Below are positions 57,420-64,000 of a stretch of DNA of 64,000 bases, piece after piece. The first letter of the stretch is position 1; every line of letters starts with the position of its first letter. Location: the NCBI GenBank assembly GCA_023247825.1, contig JAHFFR010000002.1:4972-68971 (forward strand). Reading direction: 5' to 3'. The position numbers and the translations under genes are program-made. This DNA is from Candidatus Omnitrophota bacterium. GTDB lineage: Bacteria > Omnitrophota > Gorgyraeia > Gygaellales > Profunditerraquicolaceae. Below the pieces are notes generated by a model, which made no database searches, had not been told where the DNA came from, and was given only the letters and a program-made list of their open reading frames with translations.

Positions 57420-58511
57420 CTAATTAAGGCGCATAGGTAAAACTATATACACATAACCGCTGATACGTATAACCCCGGGCTTCTCCGCGTCAATTAACTC
57501 TAAGTTCACCATTTCTTCGTTCAGGATTTTTAAAACATCCATTAGGTACACCGGGTTAAAACCAATTACCAGCTCCCTGCCCTGATATTCTACCGGTAAT
57601 TCTTCATGAAACTCGCCGACATCAGGCGTTGATTTGGAAATTACCAGTTTATTCTTAAAAACCTCCAATTTTACCGCCTGATAATCCTGTGTAGCTAAAA
57701 GCGCGGCCCTCTTTACTGCTAACAAAAATTTCCCGCGTTCCACCTTCATCTTGTTTTCAGATGCCGGCGGCACAACTTGTTTATAATCCGGGAATTCGCC
57801 CTCGATTAAACGCGATACAATCCCTACGCCGCCTAAATCAAACAACACCTGATTACTGCTGATAACCAAGGATAGCTCGCCTTCATCTTTTAAGTTTCGG
57901 TTTAGCTCCTGTATTGTTTTAATCGGGACAATCATATTTATTTCCACATCTGATTCTATCGGTAATTTCCTTTCAGCAATCGCGAGGCGTTTGCCATCAG
58001 TAGAAACCAAAACCAACACACCCTTACTAATTTTAAAAAGTATCCCGTTTAAAACATAACGCGTTTCATCAAAAGACACCGCAAAAGATGTTAAGGATAA
58101 CGCCTGCTTTAAAACTAACTGCTCTATTTTAATTGCCTTTTTATCTTTAAATTCGGGTAACTTAGGAAACTCTTCTTTAGCCAACCCCATGATTTTAAAC
58201 TGGCACATATCTGAATCTATTGTCACCTGATTATTTTTCTTAGAGGTAATATTAATAACATCTAAAGGGAATTCCTTAATTATATCGCTAAATCTTTTAG
58301 CCGGGACAGTAATAGATCCCGGTTCCTGGATATCCACAGGGATTACACAGGTTATCCCTATATCTAAATCTGTTGCTGTAAGCCTTAAATTATTTGCCTG
58401 ACCGTCAATTAATATATTAGAAAGGATAGGTAAAGCTGATTTTGTGGTAATGACATTTTGTACAGTTTGAATTGCCCCCACTAAACTAGTTTTATTGACT
58501 TTAAACCTCAT
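57420..58511 (-). CDS. dnaN: DNA polymerase III beta subunit (sliding clamp)
   Basis: 363 aa, three-domain clamp pattern with ILSNILI, LTATDLD and a C-terminal MPMRL. Confidence 0.95.
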   Translation of the reverse strand: MRFKVNKTSLVGAIQTVQNVITTKSALPILSNILIDGQANNLRLTATDLDIGITCVIPVDIQEPGSITVPAKRFSDIIKEFPLDVINITSKKNNQVTIDSDMCQFKIMGLAKEEFPKLPEFKDKKAIKIEQLVLKQALSLTSFAVSFDETRYVLNGILFKISKGVLVLVSTDGKRLAIAERKLPIESDVEINMIVPIKTIQELNRNLKDEGELSLVISSNQVLFDLGGVGIVSRLIEGEFPDYKQVVPPASENKMKVERGKFLLAVKRAALLATQDYQAVKLEVFKNKLVISKSTPDVGEFHEELPVEYQGRELVIGFNPVYLMDVLKILNEEMVNLELIDAEKPGVIRISGYVYIVLPMRLN

Positions 58512-58652
58512 TTTTTAATCTCCTTCTATTTATAATTATATAAGATCTTAAAATCGTAATAGTCTTAATGGAACCCTAATTCTGTGAAGAAGAATATAAG
58601 TGTTTACGGTTATAATACTTACAAAAACAAATGAAAGTTAATAACCTGAGTA

Positions 58653-59990
58653 TTATTGTTTAATAACCTGAATAATTTTTTCTATCCGCTCTTTTAGTCC
58701 GGGATTACGGTTAATATCTTCTTTAAGTTTTTTGTAAGAATGCAATACCGTTGTATGGTCCTTCCCGCCAAAAAGCTCTCCAATTTCAGGAAGAGATAAT
58801 TCTGTCAATTCCCTGCTTAAATACATGGCTATTTGCCTGGGCAGGACAACTTGTTTGTTGCGCCGCTTGGTTTTAATCTCCTGCAAGGAAACCCCAAACT
58901 CCTCTACCACGCAGCGCTGGATGAAATCAACCGTAATTAATTTTGCGGGCTCCTTTAATAAATCTTTAAGGACTTCTTTAGCTAATTGTAAAGTTACCGG
59001 CTCTTCTTCCAATAAGGAATACGCGATAGTCCTGATTAACGCCCCCTCTAATTCGCGGATATTGGTTTTGATCAGCCCGGCGATAAAAAATATTACATCA
59101 TCGGGGACGTTAACGGGTTCGCGCTCAATTTTCTTTTTTAAAATTGCTACCCTCGTTTCTAAATCCGGCGGTTGTATGTCTATGGCTAGGCCCCAACCAA
59201 AACGCGAAACCAATCGTTCCTGCAGGTTAGTGATTTCTTTTGGGGGCCGGTCCGAGGAGAATACAATTTGTTTATGCGCATCATATAAGGCGTTAAAGGT
59301 GTGGAAAAATTCTTCCTGGGTAGATTCTTTTCCGGCAATAAAATGGATATCATCGATGACCAGGACATCAAGGTTACGGTACTTTTGGCGAAAGGCCGCG
59401 GTAGAACGGTGCACTATAGCGTCGATTAATTCATTGGTAAATTTTTCGCTGGAAATGTAGCATATTTTAACTTGCGAGGCCGCATTATTTTTTATCTGAT
59501 GGCATATGGCCTGGATTAGGTGGGTTTTTCCCAAACCTACCCCGCCATAAATGAACAGCGGGTTATAAGTTTTTGCCGGCGAATTAGCTACTGCGAGTGA
59601 ATAGGCGTGCGCGTGCCGGTTTGAAGGCCCTACTACGAAATTTTCAAATGTATAGCGCGAGTTTAAATTCACAAAGCCCGCGGTGGGAATATTTTTAATA
59701 GTTGTTTCGGAAGGAGCGCTTGGTATGCTCAAATCTCCTTGCGTCTGGCTTACAACCAGCCTTACTAACAGATTATTCAAGCCCCGGAGTTTTAAGGTTT
59801 CCTGGATCAGCCCAAGATAATGTTTTTCTACCCAATCTTTAAAAAATTGATCCGGCGCTTCAAGGTCTATGTTTTGGCTGTCTTGAGCTGAAAATTTTAA
59901 AGGAGCAACCCAAGTAGCGAAAATAGTCTCTCCGAGCTTGGTTTTTAAATCCTCTTGCGCCTCTTCCCATCTCTTAGTAATCTCGAGCAT
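58653..59990 (-). CDS. dnaA: Chromosomal replication initiator protein DnaA
   Basis: Walker A GGVGLGKTHL, box VII/VIII, and a C-terminal DNA-binding region DHTTVLH. Confidence 0.95.
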   Translation of the reverse strand: MLEITKRWEEAQEDLKTKLGETIFATWVAPLKFSAQDSQNIDLEAPDQFFKDWVEKHYLGLIQETLKLRGLNNLLVRLVVSQTQGDLSIPSAPSETTIKNIPTAGFVNLNSRYTFENFVVGPSNRHAHAYSLAVANSPAKTYNPLFIYGGVGLGKTHLIQAICHQIKNNAASQVKICYISSEKFTNELIDAIVHRSTAAFRQKYRNLDVLVIDDIHFIAGKESTQEEFFHTFNALYDAHKQIVFSSDRPPKEITNLQERLVSRFGWGLAIDIQPPDLETRVAILKKKIEREPVNVPDDVIFFIAGLIKTNIRELEGALIRTIAYSLLEEEPVTLQLAKEVLKDLLKEPAKLITVDFIQRCVVEEFGVSLQEIKTKRRNKQVVLPRQIAMYLSRELTELSLPEIGELFGGKDHTTVLHSYKKLKEDINRNPGLKERIEKIIQVIKQ

Positions 59991-60030
59991 ATTAACCCAC
60001 TTCTCTGACGGAAGTCACAGTATTAACAGT

Positions 60031-60231
60031 TTATACACAACTTGCATAAATCTGTGGATAAAAAATATTTTCCATTTTTTCAGTCAAGGCCATTATAACA
60101 GAGCTCAAACTACTTGCAAGCAAAAAAGATAAACGCTAGATATTATACAATATTATGTTAAGGCGTCAACAAAAAACTTGACCGCCTGATAAATGTATGT
60201 TACAATTCACAAATCCTAAAAAATATCCACA
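60031..60231. promoter_or_regulatory. Putative oriC core: DnaA-box cluster in the dnaA-rpmH spacer
   Basis: TTATACACA (60031-60039), TGTGGATAA, which is the complement of TTATCCACA (60053-60061), and ATATCCACA (60223-60231). A/T-rich tracts lie between them, and gene-strand polarity flips here. Confidence 0.55.
60178..60206 (+). promoter_or_regulatory. Sigma70-like promoter of rpmH (TTGACC, 17 nt, TACAAT)
   Basis: TTGACC at 60178-60183 and TACAAT at 60201-60206. Confidence 0.5.
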
Positions 60232-60249
60232 TAATTAAAAGGAGCAGCG

Positions 60250-60387
60250 ATGAAAAAGAATTTAAAGACACCCACAAATATCGTCGGGAAAAAACGCCAT
60301 GGTTTCCGCAGTAAAATGGCAAGCAAATCCGGGCGCAAGCTTTTAGCCCGTCGACGGAGCAAGGGAAGAAAGAGGCTTTGCATTTGA
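60250..60387 (+). CDS. rpmH: 50S ribosomal protein L34
   Basis: Absent from the ORF track because it is only 45 aa: [49 protein letters not shown] lies 7 nt upstream. Confidence 0.9.
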   Translation: MKKNLKTPTNIVGKKRHGFRSKMASKSGRKLLARRRSKGRKRLCI

Positions 60388-60602
60388 AGCCGATAAAGCT
60401 CGCAGTTATTTTACTTGAAAAGTATCAGCGCTATTTAAGGCCGCAATTGCCGGCGCTTTGCCGCTTTGAACCAAGCTGTTCTGAGTTTACAAAGCAGGCA
60501 ATTTTAAAATATGGTTTCATTAAAGGAGTATTCAAGGGGCTAACCAGAATATCTCGCTGCCATCCTTTTTCCGGACGGTCTGGCTATGATCCCTTAATAT
60601 AA
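60378..60602 (+). CDS. yidD: Membrane protein insertion efficiency factor YidD
   Basis: [27 protein letters not shown]...[20 protein letters not shown] start; overlaps rpmH by 10 nt. Confidence 0.85.
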   Translation: MHLKPIKLAVILLEKYQRYLRPQLPALCRFEPSCSEFTKQAILKYGFIKGVFKGLTRISRCHPFSGRSGYDPLI

Positions 60603-60607
60603 AATCT

Positions 60608-62137
60608 ATGGAAAAACGCTTAGTTCTGGCCATTGCTTTATCTCTTTTAGTATTATTAACATGGTCGGCCTTGATTCCGAAGCCACAAGTTATTGATAAT
60701 AAAGGAATTACAGCAACAAATTCTCAATTACAAGCAGTTCCACGGGGAACTTCTTCTTTTTCTCAGCTTCCGGAGTTAACTCAATCAACTCCTGATATTG
60801 TAAAAGAAACCGTGAAGTTTACTCAAGATGGCCGGGAAATAATTTTTAATCCTGCAAAAGCTGATATTCTTGAGGTGGTTTTTAAAGATAAGCTTGGGCA
60901 CAGCTTAGCGCTTAAGCAAGGTTTTCGTAGTGACGGGAATCTTTTATTCAAACAGCAGAGTATAACCAAGGACTCCATTACATTTATTTATGAAGACAAA
61001 GATAAGCGCATTATAAAGAAATTCACTATCCCTAACAATAGTTATGTTATAGGGTTAGAGATACAAGTGCAAAATTTATCCGCCACTCCCTTATTATTAA
61101 AACCACAGTTAGTTTTAGGCAGGTTAGATGTGTCAGCTAAAAATCCCCAGTCGCGTTATCAGGATATCTTTCTTGGGGGCAAGGAAAAAACAATGCACCT
61201 TGCAGCTGGGAAGGATTTTACCAGTCAGGATGTAAAATTTATCGGTTTACGAGATCAGTATTTCTGCGCTATTGTTGAACCCGCAGACATAGCAGCCAGT
61301 GCCTATGTTAAAAAGATCAATCCGCAGGAATCTGAAGTTGGATTATTTGAAAATGAAGTAAATTTAAAATTGGACAATCAAATTGGACATTCTTATCGTA
61401 TTTATTTGGGTCCGCAGGACTTAAAAATACTAAATAGTATTAAGCCAGAATGGTCGGCTATTATTTATTTTGGTACCTTTGATATTATTGCGCAGGTTCT
61501 TTTACAGCTACTCGGATTTTTTTATAGTTTAGTGCATAATTGGGGCTGGGCAATAATCATATTAAGCATTACTGTTTACTTGCTACTTTTCCCGCTCTCA
61601 ATTAAACAAATGCGCTCTATGAAAGAGATGCAGGCGTTACAGCCAAAGATTGAGGCCCTTCGTAAAGAATTAAAGGATAATCCGCAAAGATTAAATAAAG
61701 AAATAATGGAACTCTATAAAGAGCATAAGGTTAACCCGCTTGGCGGTTGTTTGCCGCTTTTGCTGCAAATGCCGATTTTCTTTGCGCTTTACCAGGCATT
61801 AATCCGCTCAACACCTTTAAGAGGGGCGCAATTTTTGTGGATTAAAGATTTGTCTTCGCCGGACAAGTTATTTGTTCTAAAAAATTCAATACCCTTATTG
61901 GGTAATCAAGTGAATATTTTACCAATTTTAATGGCTATTGGTATGTTTGTTCAGCAGAAGATCTCTATGGTTAAGGCAACCGGAGAGGCAGCTCAACAGC
62001 AGAAGATGATGTCTATTATTATGCCAATTATGTTTGGGGTGATTTTTTATCAAATGCCATCAGGATTAGTGTTGTATTGGTTTGTAAATAGCGCGTTGAT
62101 GCTTGGCTACCAATTTCGTATTAATGCTCAGAAATGA
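60608..62137 (+). CDS. yidC: Membrane protein insertase YidC (long periplasmic domain type)
   Basis: N-terminal TM, ~300-aa periplasmic domain, and the conserved core HKVNPLGGCLPLLLQMPIFFALY. Confidence 0.9.
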   Translation: MEKRLVLAIALSLLVLLTWSALIPKPQVIDNKGITATNSQLQAVPRGTSSFSQLPELTQSTPDIVKETVKFTQDGREIIFNPAKADILEVVFKDKLGHSLALKQGFRSDGNLLFKQQSITKDSITFIYEDKDKRIIKKFTIPNNSYVIGLEIQVQNLSATPLLLKPQLVLGRLDVSAKNPQSRYQDIFLGGKEKTMHLAAGKDFTSQDVKFIGLRDQYFCAIVEPADIAASAYVKKINPQESEVGLFENEVNLKLDNQIGHSYRIYLGPQDLKILNSIKPEWSAIIYFGTFDIIAQVLLQLLGFFYSLVHNWGWAIIILSITVYLLLFPLSIKQMRSMKEMQALQPKIEALRKELKDNPQRLNKEIMELYKEHKVNPLGGCLPLLLQMPIFFALYQALIRSTPLRGAQFLWIKDLSSPDKLFVLKNSIPLLGNQVNILPILMAIGMFVQQKISMVKATGEAAQQQKMMSIIMPIMFGVIFYQMPSGLVLYWFVNSALMLGYQFRINAQK

Positions 62138-62334
62138 AAAAAGTCAAATCTATAGAAGTTGAAGGAAAGACAGTTGAAGAGGCTGTTGAAAAGGCATTGC
62201 AGGAACTAAAGCTGCCTCGTAATCGGGTCAAGATAGAGAGTTTATCTGAGGAGAAAATGGGGCTTTTTGGCATGCCTGGCGCTAAGCCTGCGAAGGTGCG
62301 TGTTAGCGTGATTCCCAACAAAGAAAGTGCTTGA
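62134..62334 (+). CDS. Jag/KhpB N-terminal-domain-only protein
   Basis: 66 aa: EVEGKTVEEAVEKALQELKLPRNRVKIESLSEEKMGLFG is the Jag_N pattern. There is no KH or R3H region. Confidence 0.65.
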   Translation: MKKVKSIEVEGKTVEEAVEKALQELKLPRNRVKIESLSEEKMGLFGMPGAKPAKVRVSVIPNKESA

Positions 62335-62359
62335 CAATTAATTTAGTTTTGCGATAATT
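62331..62359 (+). promoter_or_regulatory. Sigma70-like promoter of parAB (TTGACA, 17 nt, ATAATT)
   Basis: TTGACA at 62331-62336 and ATAATT at 62354-62359. Confidence 0.45.
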
Positions 62360-62376
62360 AATCTAGTTAAAGGTAA

Positions 62377-62392
62377 TGTTCCGCGAGGAACT
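62377..62392. promoter_or_regulatory. parS-like imperfect palindrome upstream of parA
   Basis: TGTTCCGCGAGGAACT has symmetric GTTCC/GGAAC arms and matches 11 of 16 positions of the TGTTTCACGTGAAACA consensus. Confidence 0.35.
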
Positions 62393-62414
62393 ATTTGTAA
62401 CTATAACAATACCA

Positions 62415-63206
62415 ATGGGTAAGATAATCGCAATCTGTAATCAAAAAGGTGGAGTAGGTAAGACAACCACCTCAATTAACCTTGCCGCATACCTCGCAAT
62501 CGCAGGTAAAAAGGTTATGCTTATTGATTTAGATCCCCAGGCTAATGCCACCAGCGGTATTGGAATAAATAAGCATGACGTCCAAAAAAGCACGTATCAT
62601 ATCCTGCTCGAAGAATTAAAATTCAGCGATATTATTCAGAAAACCGGAATCGAAAATCTCATGCTTGCTCCTTCTAATTTGGATTTAACCGGAGCAGAAG
62701 TAGAATTAGTAGGAGCGTTAGGCCGGGAGCATAGATTAAAAAGAGCGCTACTGCCTGAAAAAGATAATTATGATTTTATAATTATTGATTCGCCGCCTTC
62801 ACTGGGGCTGCTTACAATTAATGGTTTATGCGCTGCTGATTCAGTAGTAATCCCGGTCCAATGTGAATATTATGCCCTTGAAGGATTAACGCAACTACAT
62901 AATACTATTAGGCTTGTGAAAGAAAATCTCAATCCTTTATTAGAAATTGAAGGAGTGCTTTTGACTATGGCAGATTTCCGCACCAATCTTACAAAAGAAG
63001 TTATTCAAGAGGCGCGCAATCATTTTAAGGATAAAGTTTATAATACAGTAATTCCCAGAAACATCCGTTTAACCGAAGCCCCGAGTTTTGGCAAGCCGAT
63101 TGCTTTGTATGACCAGGATTCGCTTGGGGCGCAAAAGTATGAAGAACTGAGTAAAGAAATATTAGGCTTACCTTTGGATTCTCAAATTTCAAAAGGAGCG
63201 GTTTAA
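62415..63206 (+). CDS. parA: Chromosome partitioning ATPase ParA/Soj
   Basis: Deviant Walker A KGGVGKTT. Start moved to MGKIIAICNQ, because the 13 upstream codons of the tracked ORF cover the promoter and palindrome. Confidence 0.9.
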   Translation: MGKIIAICNQKGGVGKTTTSINLAAYLAIAGKKVMLIDLDPQANATSGIGINKHDVQKSTYHILLEELKFSDIIQKTGIENLMLAPSNLDLTGAEVELVGALGREHRLKRALLPEKDNYDFIIIDSPPSLGLLTINGLCAADSVVIPVQCEYYALEGLTQLHNTIRLVKENLNPLLEIEGVLLTMADFRTNLTKEVIQEARNHFKDKVYNTVIPRNIRLTEAPSFGKPIALYDQDSLGAQKYEELSKEILGLPLDSQISKGAV

Positions 63207-64000
63207 TGGAAAGAAGAGCTTTAGGAAAAGGCCTCGGCGCATTGATTCCTGAAAAAGCGGTTGATAGCGCGGTGCATAAAGAGGAGGTTATTTATGTCAA
63301 CTCCGGGCAAATAAAACCAAATCCATTTCAGCCGCGTGAAGATTTTGATCAGCAAGGCATTGAGGAGCTGGCCCAATCAATCAAGGAAAAAGGAGTTATC
63401 CAGCCGCTTTTAGTCAGGCGCAGAGGCGATAACTACGAATTAATTGCCGGGGAAAGAAGGTTGCGCGCTGCCGGTTCTTTGGGGCTTCAAGAGGTACCGA
63501 TTATTGTGCGCGATGTAAGCGATCAGGATTCTTTAGAATTAGCTTTGATTGAAAATATTCAGAGGGAGGGCCTAAATCCGATTGAAGAAGCGCACGCGTA
63601 TCAGCACCTGATGGATAAGTTTAATATTACCCAGGAAAAAATTTCCGAAGCCGTAGGGAAGTCCAGGGCTTCTGTTACTAATACCTTGCGCCTGCTTAAG
63701 CTTCCGCATGAGATTCAGGAGGAGATGAAAAAAGGCCGCATTAGCTTTGCGCATGGCCGCGCCCTGCTTGAGATTGAAGACGCAAACCATCAGCGCAGGT
63801 TAGCCCAGGATATTATTTCTAAAGGGCTATCTGTGCGTGAGCTGGAGAATTTGATAAAAACAAGCCGGCCGAAATCAATAAAAAGAAGCATTGGCCTTGG
63901 CCAGCGCGAGCCGGCCATTGCGATCCTTGAGGAGCAGCTGCAGCATGCTTTAGCTACCAAGGTCAGGATCAGCAAAAGAAAAAAACGCGGGCATATTAAT
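63206..64000 (+). CDS. parB: Chromosome partitioning protein ParB/Spo0J (3' end outside window)
   Basis: MERRALGKGLGALIP, IQPLLVR...YELIAGERRLRA and the HTH ISEAVGKSRASVTN. ATG overlaps the parA stop (TAATG). The frame is open to nt 64000, so it is absent from the ORF track. Confidence 0.9.
   Translation, partial: MERRALGKGLGALIPEKAVDSAVHKEEVIYVNSGQIKPNPFQPREDFDQQGIEELAQSIKEKGVIQPLLVRRRGDNYELIAGERRLRAAGSLGLQEVPIIVRDVSDQDSLELALIENIQREGLNPIEEAHAYQHLMDKFNITQEKISEAVGKSRASVTNTLRLLKLPHEIQEEMKKGRISFAHGRALLEIEDANHQRRLAQDIISKGLSVRELENLIKTSRPKSIKRSIGLGQREPAIAILEEQLQHALATKVRISKRKKRGHIN

Noticed and set aside
58512-58652. Second oriC module in the dnaN-dnaA spacer
   Set aside because: The spacer is A/T-rich, but the best candidates (TTCTTCACA, CCGTAAACA) have two or more mismatches to the DnaA-box consensus.
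62376-62414. Upstream ATG start for parA
   Set aside because: The 13 extra codons cover the parS-like palindrome, which lies just downstream of the predicted promoter. MGKIIAICNQKGGVGKTT is the usual ParA N-terminus.

Overview
AT-rich bacterial chromosome segment, apparently from a diderm (outer-membrane barrel protein, YidC with a large periplasmic domain), that spans the replication origin. Left of about 60.0 kb almost every gene is on the minus strand. Right of about 60.25 kb every gene is on the plus strand. The switch falls in the dnaA upstream spacer, which carries DnaA boxes. Core content, left to right: comM tail, folE, mnmE, folC, purH. Then a kamA plus two ATP-grasp ligase operon, a HAD/PAC2/M20/EndoIII-like run and a PilZ-domain protein. 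Then an exonuclease/DUF2156/YkgJ/CsaA run, an outer-membrane barrel, and tRNA-Asp and tRNA-Val. Then a 7-gene V-type ATPase operon (E, DUF2764, A, B, D, I, K). Pyrimidine genes follow in two blocks (pyrF, pyrD, pyrK, then the carB C-terminal half alone; later pyrC, pyrB, pyrR), with ICMT, mutM, tRNA-Arg and an EndoQ-like PHP protein between them. Last come rsmI, glmS, tRNA-Glu, gyrA, gyrB, DUF721, dnaN, dnaA, the oriC spacer, then rpmH, yidD, yidC, a jag N-terminal stub, parA and parB. Two places stand out. (1) An accessory island at 38.7-49.3 kb sits between pyrR and rsmI. It holds a DUF5674-type gene pair, a HEPN/MNT toxin-antitoxin pair flanked by a perfect 33-bp direct repeat, and an 8.5-kb gene. 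That gene encodes a 2,846-aa signal-peptide protein with a PI3/4-kinase-like core, two Hsp90/sacsin-type GHKL ATPase motif sets and a C-terminal HExxH. (2) A noticeably G+C-richer, helix-dense ~400-nt intergenic block at 16.29-16.68 kb looks like a structured RNA I cannot assign to a known class. Other points: rnpA is missing from the rpmH-yidD-yidC cluster, a terminator-type leader precedes the kamA/ATP-grasp operon, and a pyrR leader attenuator is present. No rRNA, CRISPR array, transposase or integrase was seen. All calls come from reading the sequence and from motif memory; no database search was run.
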